A stretch of DNA of 64,000 nt from Candidatus Latescibacterota bacterium (GTDB lineage: Bacteria > Latescibacterota > UBA2968 > GCA-2709665). Position numbers and translations under genes: made by a program. The notes under the pieces are model-generated. The model made no database searches, was not told the DNA's origin, and was given only the letters and a program-made list of their open reading frames with translations. Positions 59,962 to 64,000 of the stretch are shown piece by piece. Numbering within the stretch: position 1 is the stretch's first letter; each line of letters opens with the position of its first letter. The stretch lies in contig CAXXXF010000015.1 of the NCBI GenBank assembly GCA_963667175.2, positions 256,001-320,000 on the forward strand, given 5' to 3'.

Positions 59962-60212
59962 GAAGCCCTCCCCGTCCAATGCCCCGGTCTCCTGTACAGC
60001 GCGCGAAAACCAGACGTCGGGCGCTGGAGAAAACGGGAAAAATGGTTGCGCCATACGTAGCGAATGTGGTATACATATACCCTGCCCGCGGCACGTCGCC
60101 GGGGGATCGATGGACAATATAGAGCAACTCCGGCGCACTTCAAGCACACAACAGGGCGCCGCCCGGCGGACCGACCGCCGGTGACCCATTCTTTCGGATT
60201 CGAGGAGGCAAC

Positions 60213-61379
60213 GTGACGCGAGGCAGAGCCGACGACCCCCTTGCGATAACCCTGGGTGTGGAGGAGGAATTCTTCCTGATCGATCCGGCCACGGGCGATC
60301 TTCTCCCGGACCCGGACCGCCGGATTTTCGAGGACTGCGAGAACAACCGGGGCCCCCACAAGGTGGTGGCGGAATTTCTCCGGTCGCAGATAGAAACCAC
60401 GACAAGAGTCTGCCGGTCCGTCGACGAGGTCCGTGAAGCCCTGATGCAGACCCGACGCCTCGTCATCGATGCGGCGGCAAGCCACGGAGCCGCGGTCATG
60501 GCCGCCTCCACACATCCCTTTGCGGCCTGGCACAACCAGGTCGTGACGGCAGGCCGACGCTACGAACAGTTCGCGATGACCTATCAGCAGGCGGTTCGCG
60601 AACTGCTCGTCGGCGGCATGCACGTCCACGCGGGATTCGGCGACGCGGACAGCCGCGTGAGGGTCATGACGGCGCTGCGCCAGCACCTTCCGCTGCTTCA
60701 TGCGCTTTCGGCCTCATCCCCGTTCAGCAGCGGTCGGGAAACCGGGTTCAAGTCCTACAGGATCACCCTGTTCAGCAGTCTGCCGCGCACGGGCCTTCCC
60801 GGCCCGCTGCGCTCCTGGGAGGAATTCGACCGCCTGGTATCGGAATACCAGCGCATGGATTTCATTCGGGACAGCACGGAACTGTGGTGGCACATCCGGC
60901 CGTCCCGGGCCTTTCCCACGGTGGAATTGCGCATCTGCGACATTTGCCACACCATCGACGAGGCGGTTTGCGTCGTGGCTCTATATGCTTCGCTGGTGCG
61001 TCACCTGCTGCGGCTGGACGTGGAGAACCGCCTTCCGCCGGAACCGCCCACCGAGTTGATCGCCGAGAACTGCTGGCTCGCGCAGCGATACGGCGTCCTC
61101 GCGTTCCTGGGCAATACCGGGGGCAAGGGTCGCACGGACATTGACGAACTCGCTCACGCGCTTGTGGACGATCTTGCAGACGATGCACGGGCCCTGGGCT
61201 GCGAGCCGGAACTGCGCCATGCTCTGGACGTGATACGGAACGGTACGGGCGCCGACCGGCAGATCGATCATTTCCGCCTGCGCCGCCTGGAAGGCGATTC
61301 GGAACCGGAAGCCCTGCGGGAAGTCGTCGAACTCGTGGTGGAAGACACCCGGCGCGGCATCCCCGGTCTGACGGCCTAA
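60213..61379 (+). CDS. Carboxylate-amine ligase (YbdK/GCS2 family)
   Basis: TLGVEEEF, HVH, SASSPF, WWHIRP, TVELRICD. Confidence 0.92.
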   Translation: MTRGRADDPLAITLGVEEEFFLIDPATGDLLPDPDRRIFEDCENNRGPHKVVAEFLRSQIETTTRVCRSVDEVREALMQTRRLVIDAAASHGAAVMAASTHPFAAWHNQVVTAGRRYEQFAMTYQQAVRELLVGGMHVHAGFGDADSRVRVMTALRQHLPLLHALSASSPFSSGRETGFKSYRITLFSSLPRTGLPGPLRSWEEFDRLVSEYQRMDFIRDSTELWWHIRPSRAFPTVELRICDICHTIDEAVCVVALYASLVRHLLRLDVENRLPPEPPTELIAENCWLAQRYGVLAFLGNTGGKGRTDIDELAHALVDDLADDARALGCEPELRHALDVIRNGTGADRQIDHFRLRRLEGDSEPEALREVVELVVEDTRRGIPGLTA

Positions 61380-61396
61380 CAAAAAGGAAGCATCCA

Positions 61397-62209
61397 TTGT
61401 CTTACCAGGAAGTGATCGCCCAACTCAAGGCGCAGGTCCAGCAAATCGTCCATCAATTGATCGATGCCTCGCCCCGGATCGCCGGCGCGCTTGCCCTGGC
61501 GTTGCTGGGCCTGGCGCTGGCATACCTGGTCCGCGCACTGAGCCGCAGAATGATCGCGGGGCTGGACCGGCTGGTCCCGCGTCTCAGGCTGCTCCGGGGA
61601 CGCGGGGCGGAAGTCATGAACGCCGCCGGCTGGGCCGTCGGTCGTGTGCTCTTCTGGCTGGTTCTGCTCTTTTTTCTCACCGCGGCTACGGAATTGATGG
61701 GGCTGCCGGTCGTGTCCGTCTGGCTGAACGGTATCGTCGCCTATCTGCCGCGGTTCCTTGCAGCCGTCCTGATCGTGTTCGCCGGTCTGGTCGGCGGGCA
61801 GTTTCTCAGGGACGTCATCATGGCGACGGGCTTGTCCTACGCGACGGCCCTTGCCCGCCTCGGCCAGGTGGCGGTGGTGGTCGCAAGCGCCTTGATCGCC
61901 GTGAACCAGGCGGGGCTGAACGTCGACCTGCTGACCAGTGGGCTTCTGCTCGTTTTCGGAATCGCCCTCCTCGGCAGCGCACTGACCTTTGCGCTGGGCG
62001 CCCGTGACACCGTAGCCAACATACTGGCCTCGTACTACCTGCAGAAAACCTACCGGGTTGGCCACCGGGTCAGCATTGAGAACTACCAGGGAGAGATCGT
62101 TCAGATCACAGCCACCGCTGTGGTGCTGGATGCCGATGAGGGGCGGATCTCGGTTCCGGCTTCGGTCTTTGCCGAACAGGCGTCAATTCTGCTCGTAGAG
62201 AGGAAATGA
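61397..62209 (+). CDS. Small-conductance mechanosensitive channel family protein (CmpX-like TM repeats)
   Basis: YLPRFLAAVLI, FALGARDTVANILA, YRVGHRV...GEIVQI. Confidence 0.8.
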   Translation: MSYQEVIAQLKAQVQQIVHQLIDASPRIAGALALALLGLALAYLVRALSRRMIAGLDRLVPRLRLLRGRGAEVMNAAGWAVGRVLFWLVLLFFLTAATELMGLPVVSVWLNGIVAYLPRFLAAVLIVFAGLVGGQFLRDVIMATGLSYATALARLGQVAVVVASALIAVNQAGLNVDLLTSGLLLVFGIALLGSALTFALGARDTVANILASYYLQKTYRVGHRVSIENYQGEIVQITATAVVLDADEGRISVPASVFAEQASILLVERK

Positions 62210-62213
62210 GGCG

Positions 62214-63056
62214 ATGGACCGGACGTCGAATGTGATTCATCATTTCATCCGCGCCCATGCGGCGGAAGCCGCCCGCGTATTGGAAAACTGCTCTCTGGAC
62301 GATCTGGCGGCCTTTTTTCTCGAGACCCCGACCGATCTGGCGACCTCCCTGTTCAACACGATGGAATCGAGCATTGCGGTGGCCTGTCTGGAGCGTATGC
62401 CGGCGGGAGAAGCCGGCAGCGCCATGGGCGGGTTGCCGGCGGACCGTGCGGCGCACCTCCTTCGCCGGATGAAGCAGGAGACGAAGGAGGCGATTCTGGA
62501 AGCGTTGCCCGCCGAATTCACCAGGCATCTGAATCGCCTGCTGCGTTACCGTGACGAGACCGCGGGCGCCCTGATGGAGTCGCTGGTTTTCACGGTCCCG
62601 CCGGAAATCTCCGCCGGCGAGGCGCTGGACCGATTGCGGACAAGCCCGGCCCGCGTTCTGTATTACCTGTATGCGGTGGATCGAGACCAGACACTGGAGG
62701 GCGTTATCAGTCTCAGGGAACTTCTGGGCGCAGACGAAGGGAGTTCCGTCGCTTCGATCATGCGCAGGGAGGTGATGTTCCTGCGGACGGAAGATTCGCT
62801 GGCTTCGGTGCTCGTCCATCCGTCCTGGATCGAAGTTCACACCCTGCCCGTACTCGACGAGCAGGGCCTGTTCGCCGGGGCGCTGCGCCACAAGACCCTC
62901 TGCCAACGGGCCGGGCACACGGATCGGCTCTTGCTCCCCGGCCAGGCAGGAACGGCGCTGGGAGAATTGTATCGCATCGGACTGTCGGCCCTGGCCAAAA
63001 GCGCCCTCGGGGCGGAAGACCTCCATCCGTCCGTTGCAGGTCATCCGGGGCGTTAG
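62214..63056 (+). CDS. MgtE N-terminal + CBS domain protein (no TM domain)
   Basis: LLRYRDETAGALM, YYLYAVD, GVISLRELL, LPVLDE. Confidence 0.8.
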   Translation: MDRTSNVIHHFIRAHAAEAARVLENCSLDDLAAFFLETPTDLATSLFNTMESSIAVACLERMPAGEAGSAMGGLPADRAAHLLRRMKQETKEAILEALPAEFTRHLNRLLRYRDETAGALMESLVFTVPPEISAGEALDRLRTSPARVLYYLYAVDRDQTLEGVISLRELLGADEGSSVASIMRREVMFLRTEDSLASVLVHPSWIEVHTLPVLDEQGLFAGALRHKTLCQRAGHTDRLLLPGQAGTALGELYRIGLSALAKSALGAEDLHPSVAGHPGR

Positions 63057-63087
63057 CGCGCTGTCCCGGATTCGAAAGGAGTGCCTG

Positions 63088-64000
63088 ATGTTGGAAAACA
63101 CGAAGGCCTCTCAGGCCCTTATTCGCGCCTTTTTTCGACTCCATCCGGGAGAAGCCGCCCGTGCGCTGGCCTCGACGCCCGTCCCCGAGGCTCTCGACCT
63201 GCTTGAAACCCAGGCTGGCGACCGGGCCGCGAAGGTCTTCGAACGCCTGGATCCGGATCGAGCCGTGGCACTCATGGAACACATGGAGGAACCCCTGTTC
63301 CGGAGGCTCTGGGGGGCGATGGACGAAGGGGTCGCCGCCTCACTCCTGGCCCGGCTGTCGCCGGAGATCCGTTCCGCGCGTCTTTCTTCGCTGCCCGTCA
63401 GGTTGGCTGACGAAATGAAGGAGCTGATGAGCTACCCGCCCGGGTCGGCCGGCCAGATCATGGATTGCTCGGTCACCGTCTTCAGCGCCGAGGAGACCGC
63501 GGAGGAAGCGCTCACCCGCATCCGCTCGTTTCCGGAGCGCCGCATTCTGGATCTGTGTGTGGTGGATGATGACGGGAAGCTGACCGCGGTGCTTTCGCTT
63601 CAGGAAGTCGCGGTCGCCCAGCCCGACGACCGACTTGGACAACTCGCGCATGGCCCGCCTGTCTGCGTTCAGGCCATGTCATCGCGGGAGGAAGTCGTGG
63701 AACTGCTCGATGCCCACAAATTGGCCTCGCTGCCAGTGATCGGCGGGATCGACGGCCCGCTTTGCGGAATCATCCGGCACGATGCCCTCGTATCGGCCGC
63801 CCGGCACGAGGCAAGCGAAAACGTGCAGACGATGGTGGGCGCCGGGAGGGACGAACGCGCCCTTTCCGGGCCGGCGCTTGCCGTGCGCAACCGGCTGCCG
63901 TGGCTGCAGGTCAATCTGGGCACGGCCTTTCTGGCCGCCGCGGCGGTCGCCCTGTTCGAGGATACCATCGCCAGGTTTACCGCGCTGGCTGTTTTTCTGC
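63088..64000 (+). CDS. mgtE: MgtE family magnesium transporter (runs off window end)
   Basis: AAGGAG RBS and ATG 63088; YPPGSAGQIM, CBS pair, RNRLPWLQVNLGTAFLAA. Confidence 0.88.
   Translation, partial: MLENTKASQALIRAFFRLHPGEAARALASTPVPEALDLLETQAGDRAAKVFERLDPDRAVALMEHMEEPLFRRLWGAMDEGVAASLLARLSPEIRSARLSSLPVRLADEMKELMSYPPGSAGQIMDCSVTVFSAEETAEEALTRIRSFPERRILDLCVVDDDGKLTAVLSLQEVAVAQPDDRLGQLAHGPPVCVQAMSSREEVVELLDAHKLASLPVIGGIDGPLCGIIRHDALVSAARHEASENVQTMVGAGRDERALSGPALAVRNRLPWLQVNLGTAFLAAAAVALFEDTIARFTALAVFL

Overview
GC-rich bacterial chromosomal segment with no rRNA, tRNA or CRISPR array. Housekeeping genes include dedA, ispDF, queA, dnaQ-dinG, a RelA/SpoT homologue, an RNase II-like gene, smc, modBC, epmA, pepA, pyrE and mgtE-like genes. 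A catabolic block encodes ceramidase-like hydrolases, an SSS transporter, dehydrogenases, and M19 and M20 peptidases. A tandemly duplicated, partly collapsed GntR/ABC/TlpA module lies at about 29.7-44.4 kb. Four observations stand out. (1) A 1.7-kb insertion element without terminal inverted repeats (TIRs) splits an ABC permease at a duplicated CTAAG. It has terminal DNA hairpins and one ORF with Rep_trans-like (rolling-circle initiator) motifs plus a wHTH, making it a candidate non-canonical IS family. (2) An M20 amidohydrolase has an in-frame UGA at the Cys codon of its GHGCGHN motif, followed by a bSECIS-like hairpin, making it a candidate selenoprotein. (3) An ORF-less group II intron sits inside a ~150-bp MITE-like repeat whose empty copy, with an intact IBS1, is 9 kb away. 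(4) A second MITE family disrupts a gene and itself hosts nested 28-30-bp palindromes. All functional calls come from motif recognition by eye; no database searches were run.
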